Source of the DNA: an uncultured Candidatus Saccharibacteria bacterium
GTDB taxonomy: Bacteria > Patescibacteriota > Minisyncoccia > Phycocordibacterales > UBA918
Direction of reading: 5' to 3'
Length of the DNA: 64,000 nucleotides
Assembly: GCA_964353135.1 (NCBI GenBank)
Contig: CAYGTV010000003.1
Coordinates: 26,718 to 90,717 of the forward strand
Part shown: in pieces, positions 1-8,366 of the stretch
Layout of the letters: the number at the start of each line of letters is the position of its first letter
Position numbering within the stretch: the stretch's first letter is position 1
Position numbers and translations under genes: made by a program
The notes under the pieces: model-generated
Database searches by the model: none
What the model was told of the DNA's origin: nothing
The model's input: only the letters and a program-made list of their open reading frames with translations

Positions 1-584
1 GCTGCTAGCAGCAATACCACCATCACAAAAAATGTTGTGCGCTCTACAGCGTTAATGATGTTGGTTAGGGTATCAATCGAATCCTTGTTCCGGGCGTAGT
101 TGACAACATCAATCACTGGTGAGCTCACATCTTCGAGGGCTTTTTGCTCATCAAGGTATCGGGCGACTTCTTCGTATTGTGATGTTTCTTTGGCCTGAAT
201 TGCAATAGTTGCTCCAAGTGGGTTTTCGTTGAGTTCTTCTAAGGCCTGTAGGGCAATTTCGTTACCTTGGTTTCGACCACGGTACTCCTCGAGCGCTTCT
301 TCCCGAGTAGTATAGGTGACCTGCTCTACTTCAGGTAACGCAGCTACCGCAAAGCGAATTCGGTCGATTTCTTCTGCGGAGGCGTCGGGTACGAAATACA
401 CGTTGATATCGACTTTTGACTGAATGGTGTTCAGTGACGTAGTCAAAAGTTGATCAAGGAACATAGTCGCTCCGATCACAAACAGCGCTACAGTCAGCAC
501 AAACACTGATGCTAGCGACACGTATGCATTACGCCAAAAACCAACAAATCCTGCTCGTACTATTCTGCGAAGTCCAGTTAACAT
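1..584 (-). CDS. ftsX: Cell division permease FtsX (partial, runs off left edge)
   Basis: ATG at 584 reads MLTGLRRIVRAGFVGFWRNAYVSLASVFVLTVALFVIG, a typical FtsX N-terminus; directly downstream of ftsE. Confidence 0.9.
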   Translation of the reverse strand, partial: MLTGLRRIVRAGFVGFWRNAYVSLASVFVLTVALFVIGATMFLDQLLTTSLNTIQSKVDINVYFVPDASAEEIDRIRFAVAALPEVEQVTYTTREEALEEYRGRNQGNEIALQALEELNENPLGATIAIQAKETSQYEEVARYLDEQKALEDVSSPVIDVVNYARNKDSIDTLTNIINAVERTTFFVMVVLLLA

Positions 585-593
585 ACAAAAATA

Positions 594-1277
594 TTACAAT
601 ACGTATTTACCATCTGCGTCGTCCCTGATAATTCGACCCTCGTCCATTGTGATCACTCGTCGCTCAATCTCATCGACAACCCCTTTGTTGTGGGTAGTCA
701 TGATCACTGTAGTACCAAGGTCGTTGATCTTTCGCAGAATTTGCACCACTTCATAGGTTGCAATCGGATCAAGGTTTCCAGTCGGCTCATCAGCAATAAT
801 AATATCTGGTTGGTTTACAATAGCGCGTGCGATTGCTACTCGTTGCTTCTCTCCCCCTGATAGTTCGTGTGGAAAGTTAAAGGCTTTATCCTCAAGGTCC
901 ACCAGGGCGAGCGCTTGGGGGACGTTTTCTGCGATCTCTGCATCGGTACGGCCATTGGCTTCCATGGCAAACGCAACGTTTTCGTAGGCGGTTTTATGAG
1001 GGAGTAATTTAAAATCCTGAAAAATAGTTCCAATCTTCCGACGGTAGCTTGGTAGCTTTGATCGCGGGATCCGGTGGATATCAAGTGATTCATAAAAGAC
1101 AGACCCGGTTGATGGTTTGTCTTCAGCAATGATCATTTTAAGCAGAGTTGTTTTTCCAGCTCCAGAATGTCCAACGATAGATACAAATTCCTTAGGAGCT
1201 ACCTGAAACGTAATTTCTTCTAAACCTGATGCACGACCATCGTTGTAGTGCTTTGAAACGTTATCAAAATAGATCAT
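594..1277 (-). CDS. ftsE: Cell division ATP-binding protein FtsE
   Basis: Walker [35 protein letters not shown]; adjacent to ftsX. Confidence 0.93.
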   Translation of the reverse strand: MIYFDNVSKHYNDGRASGLEEITFQVAPKEFVSIVGHSGAGKTTLLKMIIAEDKPSTGSVFYESLDIHRIPRSKLPSYRRKIGTIFQDFKLLPHKTAYENVAFAMEANGRTDAEIAENVPQALALVDLEDKAFNFPHELSGGEKQRVAIARAIVNQPDIIIADEPTGNLDPIATYEVVQILRKINDLGTTVIMTTHNKGVVDEIERRVITMDEGRIIRDDADGKYVL

Positions 1278-1298
1278 GCGAAACAGTATATCACGCTA

Positions 1299-2177
1299 TT
1301 AGGCAGAAGCAGAAGCTGCTATAAACTCTTCTATATCTCCTCCTAGCACAGCATCAACATTGCGTACCTCGGTGTTGGTACGATGGTCTTTCACCAGTTG
1401 ATATGGCTGTAGTACGTAGGAACGAATCTGACTTCCCCACTCAATTTTTACGCTCTTTTCGACTGATAAACCTTCCATGTCCCGTTTGCGTTGAGCCTCT
1501 TCAAACGCAAATATTTTTCCAGCCAATAGTTTCATACCCTCCTCACGGTTTTGTAGCTGCGAACGACCGGTCGAGCAGTTCACTGAAATGTTGGTTGGTG
1601 TGTGTACAATCCGCACGGCTGTTTCTCGCTTGTTTACGTTTTGACCACCAGCGCCACCAGAGCGGGCAAAACTAATTTCTAGATCATCTTCGTTCAAAGC
1701 AAAATCAGTAATATCATCAATGTGTGGCGAGACTTCTACCAACACAAATGAGGTCTGCCGTTTGCCATTACTGTTAAACGGGGAAATCCGGACTAACCGA
1801 TGTACACCAGATTCATGTTGCAGTGTCCCATAGGCACCTTTACCTTGAATTTCAAAGGTAATATTGCGGTAGCCATTGTGATCATTGGTGTTACTATCAA
1901 GCACCACGGCCGACCACCCTTTATTCTCAGCGTACTTCTGGTACATCTCGACTAGCATCCGGGCGAAATCTTCGGCGTCATCACCGCCAGCTCCGGCCAC
2001 AATCGTAAATACAGCGTCGTTACGGTCATACTTCCCTTTCCCTGCAGCGGCGTCTTTGAGGACTTCTAGCTCCTTGTACATTGCCTGTGCCGCTTTTGGG
2101 TCGTTCCAAAAATCAGGCCGCAGCATAGCGGCTTCGATTTCAATGATACGGGCTTGGATGTCGGTTTGGTTAGTCAT
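1299..2177 (-). CDS. prfB: Peptide chain release factor 2 (shortened N-terminal domain)
   Basis: SPF anticodon motif (RISPF), GGQ motif (GGAGGQ), WGSQIRSY. Confidence 0.92.
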   Translation of the reverse strand: MTNQTDIQARIIEIEAAMLRPDFWNDPKAAQAMYKELEVLKDAAAGKGKYDRNDAVFTIVAGAGGDDAEDFARMLVEMYQKYAENKGWSAVVLDSNTNDHNGYRNITFEIQGKGAYGTLQHESGVHRLVRISPFNSNGKRQTSFVLVEVSPHIDDITDFALNEDDLEISFARSGGAGGQNVNKRETAVRIVHTPTNISVNCSTGRSQLQNREEGMKLLAGKIFAFEEAQRKRDMEGLSVEKSVKIEWGSQIRSYVLQPYQLVKDHRTNTEVRNVDAVLGGDIEEFIAASASA

Positions 2178-2541
2178 GTGTTACTAGAAGCTCCAGCTGA
2201 TCTCTAATCTGTCTAGCCTCATCAGTAAGATCTACTGTGGTTTGTGAACCCATTTCTGTGTCTGACGCAAGTCTCGTGGCGATTTCGCTAAGTCGCATCA
2301 AAGGATCATATAAACTCCTCAGATCATCGAATTCATCTGTTAGGGCAGCCAGTTCACGAGCTGTCATATCTTCACTTTCAGCTTCGATCATCTTCTTCAA
2401 CTCATTATATTTCAGTGCTGCTAGTCTAAGTGCCTCCTTATAGTCATGTGCTGCAATTTTATTTTTAACATCATGTAGGAAAATTTCATGACCATACTCT
2501 TGTCGATCTGCAGCCTGTTTCTCTGGTGTGTACTCTTCCAT
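2170..2541 (-). CDS. Hypothetical helical protein
   Basis: 123-aa ORF overlapping the prfB start; TATACT -10 box 6 nt upstream of its ATG. Confidence 0.6.
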   Translation of the reverse strand: MEEYTPEKQAADRQEYGHEIFLHDVKNKIAAHDYKEALRLAALKYNELKKMIEAESEDMTARELAALTDEFDDLRSLYDPLMRLSEIATRLASDTEMGSQTTVDLTDEARQIRDQLELLVTHD

Positions 2542-2564
2542 ATTTCAAGTATAGCTAAAAAATC

Positions 2565-3047
2565 CTAAATCGTCTTGACCCACATCACTGTTGGATTAGT
2601 AGAATCATGACTACGACTCGTCCAACCGAGCTTTTCGTAAAATCCGCCGTTCCCTTTTTGGGGGCTGTTTGAAAGCAACAAATTAACCGATCGCTTACCA
2701 TTATTTCCCCATTCTGCTTTCGCTACTCCTTCCAGTTCCTCCATGACAAGTCTTCCTAAACCACGACCACCAAAATCTGGATGTGTCACTACGTTGTTTA
2801 TATATGCTTGCAGTTGTGGAGGTGTCCAAAGCAGCGTTGCCTGCGCTGTCGCAACCAGCTGGCCATCAATCAACGCAAACGCAACCAATTCTTTTGGATC
2901 ATCAAGCAACACCTGGAACTCTTCTGGAGTGACATCAAACTGGTCTCCATGCAGTCGTTTTGAAACAGCAACATACTCATCACGTAATTCAGACACTTCT
3001 TTTACTGAACTGACTGTTCGGCTAGTATACAAAGCTGGCTTACTCAT
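2565..3047 (-). CDS. GNAT family N-acetyltransferase
   Basis: VVTHPDFGGRGLG acetyl-CoA motif A, FYEKLGW. Confidence 0.85.
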   Translation of the reverse strand: MSKPALYTSRTVSSVKEVSELRDEYVAVSKRLHGDQFDVTPEEFQVLLDDPKELVAFALIDGQLVATAQATLLWTPPQLQAYINNVVTHPDFGGRGLGRLVMEELEGVAKAEWGNNGKRSVNLLLSNSPQKGNGGFYEKLGWTSRSHDSTNPTVMWVKTI

Positions 3048-3091
3048 ATATATAAAATACCACGTAATTTTGTAAATGGTATGATTAATTC

Positions 3092-3676
3092 ATGATTAAA
3101 GTACTGACCAACTTATCCAACAGACATATCCACCTGACTGACTGTGACATAGAAGTACTGTTTGGTGCTGGACATTCACTAACTAAAAAAGTTGATTTAC
3201 TGCAGCCCGGAGCATTTGCCGCAGAAGAATGTGTCGACATTGCTGGACCAGGTGGCACGATAGAACGAGTGCGGGTAGTTGGACCAACCAGGTCAGCTAC
3301 CCAATGTGAAATCCTGACTGGCGATACATATAAACTAGGCTACAAACCCGACGATGTGCCAGTTCGACTTTCGGGCGACGTAGCAGACAGTGCAGCATTT
3401 ACCATTAGTGGACCAGCTGGCAGCATTGAAAAGACTGAAGGATTAATCGTTGCCCGGCGGCACATCCACATTAATCCAGAACAAGCCACCGAACTCAATA
3501 TGACTGACAGACAATCTGTGACAGTACAAACCAAAAGCGACAAAGGGCAGACTGACTTCCACCACACTATCGTTCGTATCCAGCCAGGTGCTATCCTTGA
3601 GTGCCACATCGACACCGAAGAAGGTAACGCTGCCGGAATTAGTAATGGCTATACGGCGGAGGTGGTACGTAACTAG
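3092..3676 (+). CDS. pduL: Phosphate acyltransferase PduL family
   Basis: SNRHIHL, LLQPGAFAAEE, RVVGPTR, ARRHIH, HIDTEEGNA motifs of the tandem PTAC domains. Confidence 0.9.
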   Translation: MIKVLTNLSNRHIHLTDCDIEVLFGAGHSLTKKVDLLQPGAFAAEECVDIAGPGGTIERVRVVGPTRSATQCEILTGDTYKLGYKPDDVPVRLSGDVADSAAFTISGPAGSIEKTEGLIVARRHIHINPEQATELNMTDRQSVTVQTKSDKGQTDFHHTIVRIQPGAILECHIDTEEGNAAGISNGYTAEVVRN

Positions 3677-3685
3677 ACGTGCGAA

Positions 3686-3734
3686 ACCCCTGCAAGCAAT
3701 ATTCACGATGTACGTGAATATGGCATGCAGGGGT
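3686..3734. terminator. Long hairpin between convergent genes
   Basis: ACCCCTGCA..ATATTCACG/CGTGAATAT..TGCAGGGGT inverted repeat. Confidence 0.6.
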
Positions 3735-3747
3735 CTTGGTTAGTGCG

Positions 3748-3936
3748 CTAGACCAAACTGGGTCTGACAAAGCGTCCGTGGACTCTTCTTCGCTTAGGCT
3801 GTTCGACGGGCTGGTAGCAATAGCTGCAGACATGTCGCTTCTCCTTATGAGATTGGTTCCTGTTTCGGTCAAACACCACTACCACATATACATGTGACTT
3901 GTGGGGTTTATTTCTACAATAAGCATAATTACACAC
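3748..3936 (-). CDS. Small basic Cys-containing protein (62 aa)
   Basis: Strong SD AAAGGAGGTGA upstream of GTG; CxxxxC and CxxC motifs. Confidence 0.4.
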   Translation of the reverse strand: MCNYAYCRNKPHKSHVYVVVVFDRNRNQSHKEKRHVCSYCYQPVEQPKRRRVHGRFVRPSLV

Positions 3937-3992
3937 TAGACGTTCACCTCCTTTCTGGAATGAGCTTACATTTATAATGTAGCACAACATCT

Positions 3993-4030
3993 AAAAAACA
4001 AAAAACTCCCTTGGGGAGTTTTTTGTTTTT
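3993..4030 (-). terminator. Intrinsic terminator after tRNA-Thr
   Basis: AAAAACAAAAAACTCCC/GGGAGTTTTTTGTTTTT inverted repeat. Confidence 0.75.
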
Positions 4031-4031
4031 G

Positions 4032-4104
4032 AGCCAACACACAGAATCGAACTGTGGACCTCATCCTTACCATGGATGCGCTCTACCGACTGAGCTATGT
4101 TGGC
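4032..4104 (-). tRNA. tRNA-Thr(GGT)
   Basis: Cloverleaf GCCAACA/TGTTGGC, anticodon arm CATCC-ATGGTAA-GGATG, TTCGATT T-loop. Confidence 0.95.
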
Positions 4105-4270
4105 AATATTTGGACCGTCGGTGGTACGGTCGCTATTTGGCTCAAGAACATGCGCAGCCGCGCAAACATGTCCAGGAATCACCGGCGGCCCACACTTGAG
4201 CGCAACGCGCATACATTCAACTCAAGTTGGGCTAGCATACCAAACACAGCGAAATAAATCCACAATTCTA

Positions 4271-4299
4271 TTGCAAAAAAGTTTCAAACTGGGTATACT
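4271..4299 (+). promoter_or_regulatory. Sigma70 promoter for tRNA-Asp
   Basis: TTGCAA-17 nt-TATACT. Confidence 0.6.
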
Positions 4300-4357
4300 C
4301 TTGCCACTTACTTTTGTAGGTAAACCAGAGTAAGCCTTCGGGTGTATGCGGACTGAA

Positions 4358-4497
4358 AAAAGTCTTTCCTTTCGACCGCTGCGTTCGAAAGAATTAAAAC
4401 AGGAGCATGGTGACAATGTATTGCGGAAAGAAAGGAAAAGTCTTTCCTTTCGACCACTTCATTCGAGCCAAGGATTGAAAAGTAAACTTTTCGATCC
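4358..4497 (+). repeat. Direct repeats in tRNA-Asp leader
   Basis: AAAAGTCTTTCCTTTCGACC exact at 4358-4377 and 4436-4455; degenerate third copy 4478-4497. Confidence 0.8.
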
Positions 4498-4508
4498 GTC
4501 TCTCATTC

Positions 4509-4582
4509 GCGGTCGTAGCTCAGTTGGTTAGAGCGCCCGCCTGTCACGCGGGAGGTCGAGGGTTCAAATCCCTTCGACCGCG
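4509..4582 (+). tRNA. tRNA-Asp(GTC)
   Basis: GCGGTCG/CGACCGC acceptor, CCCGC-CTGTCAC-GCGGG anticodon arm, G73. Confidence 0.95.
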
Positions 4583-4649
4583 CAAAAAAGAAAAACAAAA
4601 CGCTTCCTTTCGGAAGCGTTTTGTTTTTCTGCGGTCGAAGGGATTTGAA
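4563..4649. repeat. Inverted copy of tRNA-Asp 3' end closing a long hairpin
   Basis: TTCAAATCCCTTCGACCGC (4563-4581) is perfectly complementary to 4631-4649, around the inner stem AGAAAAACAAAACGCTTCC/GGAAGCGTTTTGTTTTTCT. Confidence 0.85.
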
Positions 4650-4755
4650 GGACGGAAGCTTTGCCTGGGAGGCAAAATAAGCTGAGTCAGGGTCGTGAGC
4701 GTATTGTTTTAATGAACAAAGTGAATATAAAACAAACGACTCCTGACCAAATTCC

Positions 4756-4986
4756 CTACCTCCTCCTAAACACATCATTGACCGAAAACAACAACCACAC
4801 GACATTCAATGCAACAAATGGCCAACTTTCAATAATCACCGAATACACGACCAACACACCACTTCCAATTGCATTGATAAAAAGATATACACCTTCGTCT
4901 GCTCGCCAGTAACGCAGCCGATTTCCAACAAAGCCTATCAGCACCAAAGAGGCACCAATAATCCCGAGTATCGTAATAAAATTCAT
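4756..4986 (-). CDS. Small membrane protein (CBU_0592/PQ-loop-like)
   Basis: 76 aa, three hydrophobic segments, NxxGS and WPFxxLN pattern; -10 box 6 nt before ATG. Confidence 0.7.
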   Translation of the reverse strand: MNFITILGIIGASLVLIGFVGNRLRYWRADEGVYLFINAIGSGVLVVYSVIIESWPFVALNVVWLLFSVNDVFRRR

Positions 4987-5037
4987 GTGAGTAGTATAAC
5001 AACAAAGAAAACCGCTTTAGGCGGTTTTCTTAAATTG

Positions 5038-5111
5038 TGTCGACGGGAAGAATTGAACTTCCGACCTCAACTTTATGAGTGTTGCGCTCTAACCAACTGA
5101 GCTACGCCGAC
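5038..5111 (-). tRNA. tRNA with CAT anticodon (Ile2 or elongator Met)
   Basis: GTCGGCG/CGTCGAC acceptor with G1-C72 paired (not initiator), loop CTCATAA. Confidence 0.88.
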
Positions 5112-5247
5112 GAGTGAGTAAGCAAAGCCAAACTCGCTTGGACTTTGTTCTTACGAACGAAGTCGGCGCAAGGTGTACTGTTCAAATGCTTTGCTTTTGG
5201 ACAGTACACCTTTCAGCGACAAGTGGCTTTGTGCCGACCACAATACA

Positions 5248-5940
5248 CTATTTCCCCCCACTCTTCAATATCTCTTCTGCCCGTGCAATATCTTCTGGAT
5301 ACCCAACCGGAATCCACATTTCTTGCTCGACTACTCGGATTGGATATTTCTTTGCATACTCTTTTGTCATATCGGTATGATAAAACTCACCGTTTGTTTG
5401 AACAGTCGGCTCGTATTCAAAAATATGCTCATCAAATACAAACACTCCAGTCGACGCCAAATTAGAAGGCGGATGTTCGGGTTTTTCAACAAATTCAGCC
5501 ATCGTGCCATCTGGATGCTTGGTAACGATACCAAACCGCTCTGGAGTATCGGTCTGCAATACCAGCATTCCTCGGTCAAACGAAGTCACTCGCGCTAAGT
5601 CATTTTTCCCATGAATATCATCGGCGAACATAAAAAGAAAACGGCCTTTGATCAAATCTTTACATAGCCACAGTGCATGACCAGTCCCCTTTTGCTCCTC
5701 TTGATGAACGTAGGTGATTTTTCGACCAGCATATTCTGAACCACAGTGCTCTCTGATTTGTTCTTCTAAGTAGCCTGTTACCATGATAATTTCTTCTACC
5801 GCACTTGGTAGTGCATCGATAATATGATCGAGTAGCGCTTTGCCGTTTACTTTAACTAATGGCTTTGGAGTATGCTCTGTTAATGGTCGTAGTCTGCTCC
5901 CTTTACCTGCGGCGAGAATGATACATTGCATAGTACTCAT
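5248..5940 (-). CDS. Sugar-phosphate nucleotidyltransferase
   Basis: ILAAGKGSRLRPLT..PKPL, QxEQKGTG, FVEKP. Confidence 0.88.
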   Translation of the reverse strand: MSTMQCIILAAGKGSRLRPLTEHTPKPLVKVNGKALLDHIIDALPSAVEEIIMVTGYLEEQIREHCGSEYAGRKITYVHQEEQKGTGHALWLCKDLIKGRFLFMFADDIHGKNDLARVTSFDRGMLVLQTDTPERFGIVTKHPDGTMAEFVEKPEHPPSNLASTGVFVFDEHIFEYEPTVQTNGEFYHTDMTKEYAKKYPIRVVEQEMWIPVGYPEDIARAEEILKSGGK

Positions 5941-5980
5941 TTATACCATTCTCGACAGAAAAAGGTTATAACTAGTGTGT

Positions 5981-6301
5981 ATGCAGCCATCTTTTAGCCA
6001 ACGTGTCTACGACCTTGTACTGACAATTCCACCAGGATATGTCACCACCTACGGAATACTGGCCAAGGCAGCCGGTGGAGGGGCGATGGCCGCGCGCAGC
6101 ATCACTAGCATTTTAGGAAAGGCACCAAACCAATCCAGTATCCCCTATCACCGGATAGTGTACAGTAACGGCACAGCCTGGCTTCCCACTGGAAACAAAG
6201 ACAAAAGAGAAAGGATAGACATGTACTCGGTTGAAGACATCACCGTCGACGACTCCGGACGCATCTATGACTTTGAAGAAAAACTCTGGCACTTTGTCTA
6301 A
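5981..6301 (+). CDS. MGMT/alkyltransferase-like (ATL) protein
   Basis: IPPGYVTTYG and IPYHRIV (Tyr replaces the catalytic Cys of PCHRV). Confidence 0.85.
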   Translation: MQPSFSQRVYDLVLTIPPGYVTTYGILAKAAGGGAMAARSITSILGKAPNQSSIPYHRIVYSNGTAWLPTGNKDKRERIDMYSVEDITVDDSGRIYDFEEKLWHFV

Positions 6302-6321
6302 AGTGTTTTACAATAAAGCAT

Positions 6322-6885
6322 ATGTCACTTCCAACCCATGCCGAAGCTGGAGTATTACTCGAACAGTACGTTACCGACCCATACCAACGCTTTCATGCGC
6401 TGATGGTTGGTACTGCCATGAAAGGCTATGCCGAAAAACTAGGCGAAGATACCAAGTTATGGTTTATGACCGGCTACTTGCATGACATCGACTACGACCA
6501 GTACCCGACCGAGCACCCAGGACCGTCTCTTGAATGGTTTAAAGACTGGGGTTACCCAACAGAACTAATTCATGCAGTCGAAGCACACGCCAATGGGTTT
6601 AACGGGTTCTCTACCCAGCCGCAATCACAGTTAGCAAAGGCGCTCATTGCTTGTGATGAAATTTGCGGAATCTTTTATGCCTACCAAAAACTAAACCCAA
6701 TTCCGTTTAGGAAAATGAAAGCTACATCAATCAAAAAACGTCTCAAAGAAGAACGGTTTGCCCCCGGAATTGATCGTGCCCATATCTACAACGGTGTAGA
6801 AGATTTTGGCATCACGATTGACGAACATGTAGACAATCTGATTGAGTTCTTTGCAGATTTGGATTCTCCAGTTTTAAATTCTTAG
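6322..6885 (+). CDS. HD-domain hydrolase
   Basis: H..V, LHDID, AH, ACDE, FAxGIDR motifs. Confidence 0.85.
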   Translation: MSLPTHAEAGVLLEQYVTDPYQRFHALMVGTAMKGYAEKLGEDTKLWFMTGYLHDIDYDQYPTEHPGPSLEWFKDWGYPTELIHAVEAHANGFNGFSTQPQSQLAKALIACDEICGIFYAYQKLNPIPFRKMKATSIKKRLKEERFAPGIDRAHIYNGVEDFGITIDEHVDNLIEFFADLDSPVLNS

Positions 6886-7602
6886 TTCTAGCGGAAGCGA
6901 AGTCAGCTGCTTGTATCCATTCTCAGTGATCACAAACAGGTCCTCTAGGCGGACGCCACCGATGTGTTTGTAATACAGACCTGGCTCGACAGTAACAACA
7001 TCCCCTACCTGCAAGACATCCTCGCTGGCTGCGCCAAGCGAAGGTGCTTCGTGGACATGTTTCCCCAAACCATGGCCAACAGTATGAACAAATCCTTCAG
7101 CATATTTAAACAGTGTTCCAGTTCCTGATGTTTTGTATCCCAGCGACTCAAATACCTCTACAGATGCATTGTGAACGTCACTACATTGGACACCCGGACC
7201 AAGCATCGCTACAGATTTTGCATGGGCTTGTTTGACAGCATCATACATAGCGAGCAATTCGGGCGATGGTTCACCTAAACAAACCGTCCTGGTCATATCT
7301 GCATAAAAACCGGATTCTATTGACCTTGGATAGATATCAATGACAATCGGTTGATTCCACTCGATCACACCCGTTCCCATATAGTGTGGTTCATGAGTAC
7401 CGAGTCCACCAGCCACAATCCTACCTTCTGGTGATTCGCAGTTGTGTTCTTCTAGAGTTCGATCGAGCACTGCTTTAGCATCTTCTGAATTAGGACTCTC
7501 TGTTTGTTGCAGATACGAAATAACAGCAGTCATAGCTGACTCAGCCGCAGCAACACTTTGATTAATTGCCGTTATATCTAATTGGGTTTTATTTCGTGAC
7601 AT
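6874..7602 (-). CDS. M24 Xaa-Pro peptidase (catalytic domain only)
   Basis: DMTRT, HTVGHGLG..HE, TVEPGLY, GVRLED. Confidence 0.9.
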   Translation of the reverse strand: MSRNKTQLDITAINQSVAAAESAMTAVISYLQQTESPNSEDAKAVLDRTLEEHNCESPEGRIVAGGLGTHEPHYMGTGVIEWNQPIVIDIYPRSIESGFYADMTRTVCLGEPSPELLAMYDAVKQAHAKSVAMLGPGVQCSDVHNASVEVFESLGYKTSGTGTLFKYAEGFVHTVGHGLGKHVHEAPSLGAASEDVLQVGDVVTVEPGLYYKHIGGVRLEDLFVITENGYKQLTSLPLELRI

Positions 7603-7605
7603 ATT

Positions 7606-8232
7606 TTACTGTGCCTTGGTTGCTAAAATCTCAACCCATTTAACTTCTTCACGCCCATACTTATCTCCTACAAATCGTTGCTCTGTAACTAAAAAACCTG
7701 CTAATTTCAGCATTTCATTTAATCCCTCTTGCGTGTAGTAGCGAAAGAAACGCTCATGGCCTGACAGAGAGTCACTCACTACTTCTGTTTCTTTATCACC
7801 TGTTTGCAACTTCACTTTCACAAACAATAACCCGTTCTGTGGCAAAACTCGATTAAACTCTTTCAATGCCTGAAGCACCTCTTCTTTCGTTTCCAAATGA
7901 ACTAAAGATGCTGTCGCAAACACTCCATCAAAAAACCTGTCTGCAAAGGGTATAGCTAGAAAACTACCTTGTATAAATTCAATCCCAGGGTTCCTCTTCC
8001 TTGCTTCTCCTAGTAAACCAATTGATATATCCAACCCTACTGGTACTGCCCCTCTATCAAGGAATAGTCCAGCATGCTTACCTGGACCACATCCTGCATC
8101 GAGGATTCTTGGGTTATCTGACAATTTTGACATAAACCAATCAACTGAATCAGATGACATGTTTGCATATGTTTTAGATGCATATTCATTAGCATTACTG
8201 TCGTACCACTCAATTGTATCTTTGAAATCCAT
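7606..8232 (-). CDS. Class I SAM-dependent methyltransferase
   Basis: ILDAGCGPG motif I, GLDIS; start chosen from the -10 box 8 nt upstream. Confidence 0.88.
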   Translation of the reverse strand: MDFKDTIEWYDSNANEYASKTYANMSSDSVDWFMSKLSDNPRILDAGCGPGKHAGLFLDRGAVPVGLDISIGLLGEARKRNPGIEFIQGSFLAIPFADRFFDGVFATASLVHLETKEEVLQALKEFNRVLPQNGLLFVKVKLQTGDKETEVVSDSLSGHERFFRYYTQEGLNEMLKLAGFLVTEQRFVGDKYGREEVKWVEILATKAQ

Positions 8233-8366
8233 ATTAGTAGAGTATAACAAAACTAATCTTCTGAATAGAATTTTCTAAAAAAACGCCCGGAGGCGCTATA
8301 CATGTAGGAGCAAGAACAAATGAAAAAAGAAACCAGAAATGGCCCGCCGAGGCGGACCATTTGTTT

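Noticed and set aside
2150-2260. Programmed +1 frameshift joining the upstream ORF to prfB
   Set aside because: No CTT-TGA slippery site or internal SD, and the upstream protein does not resemble the RF2 N-terminus.
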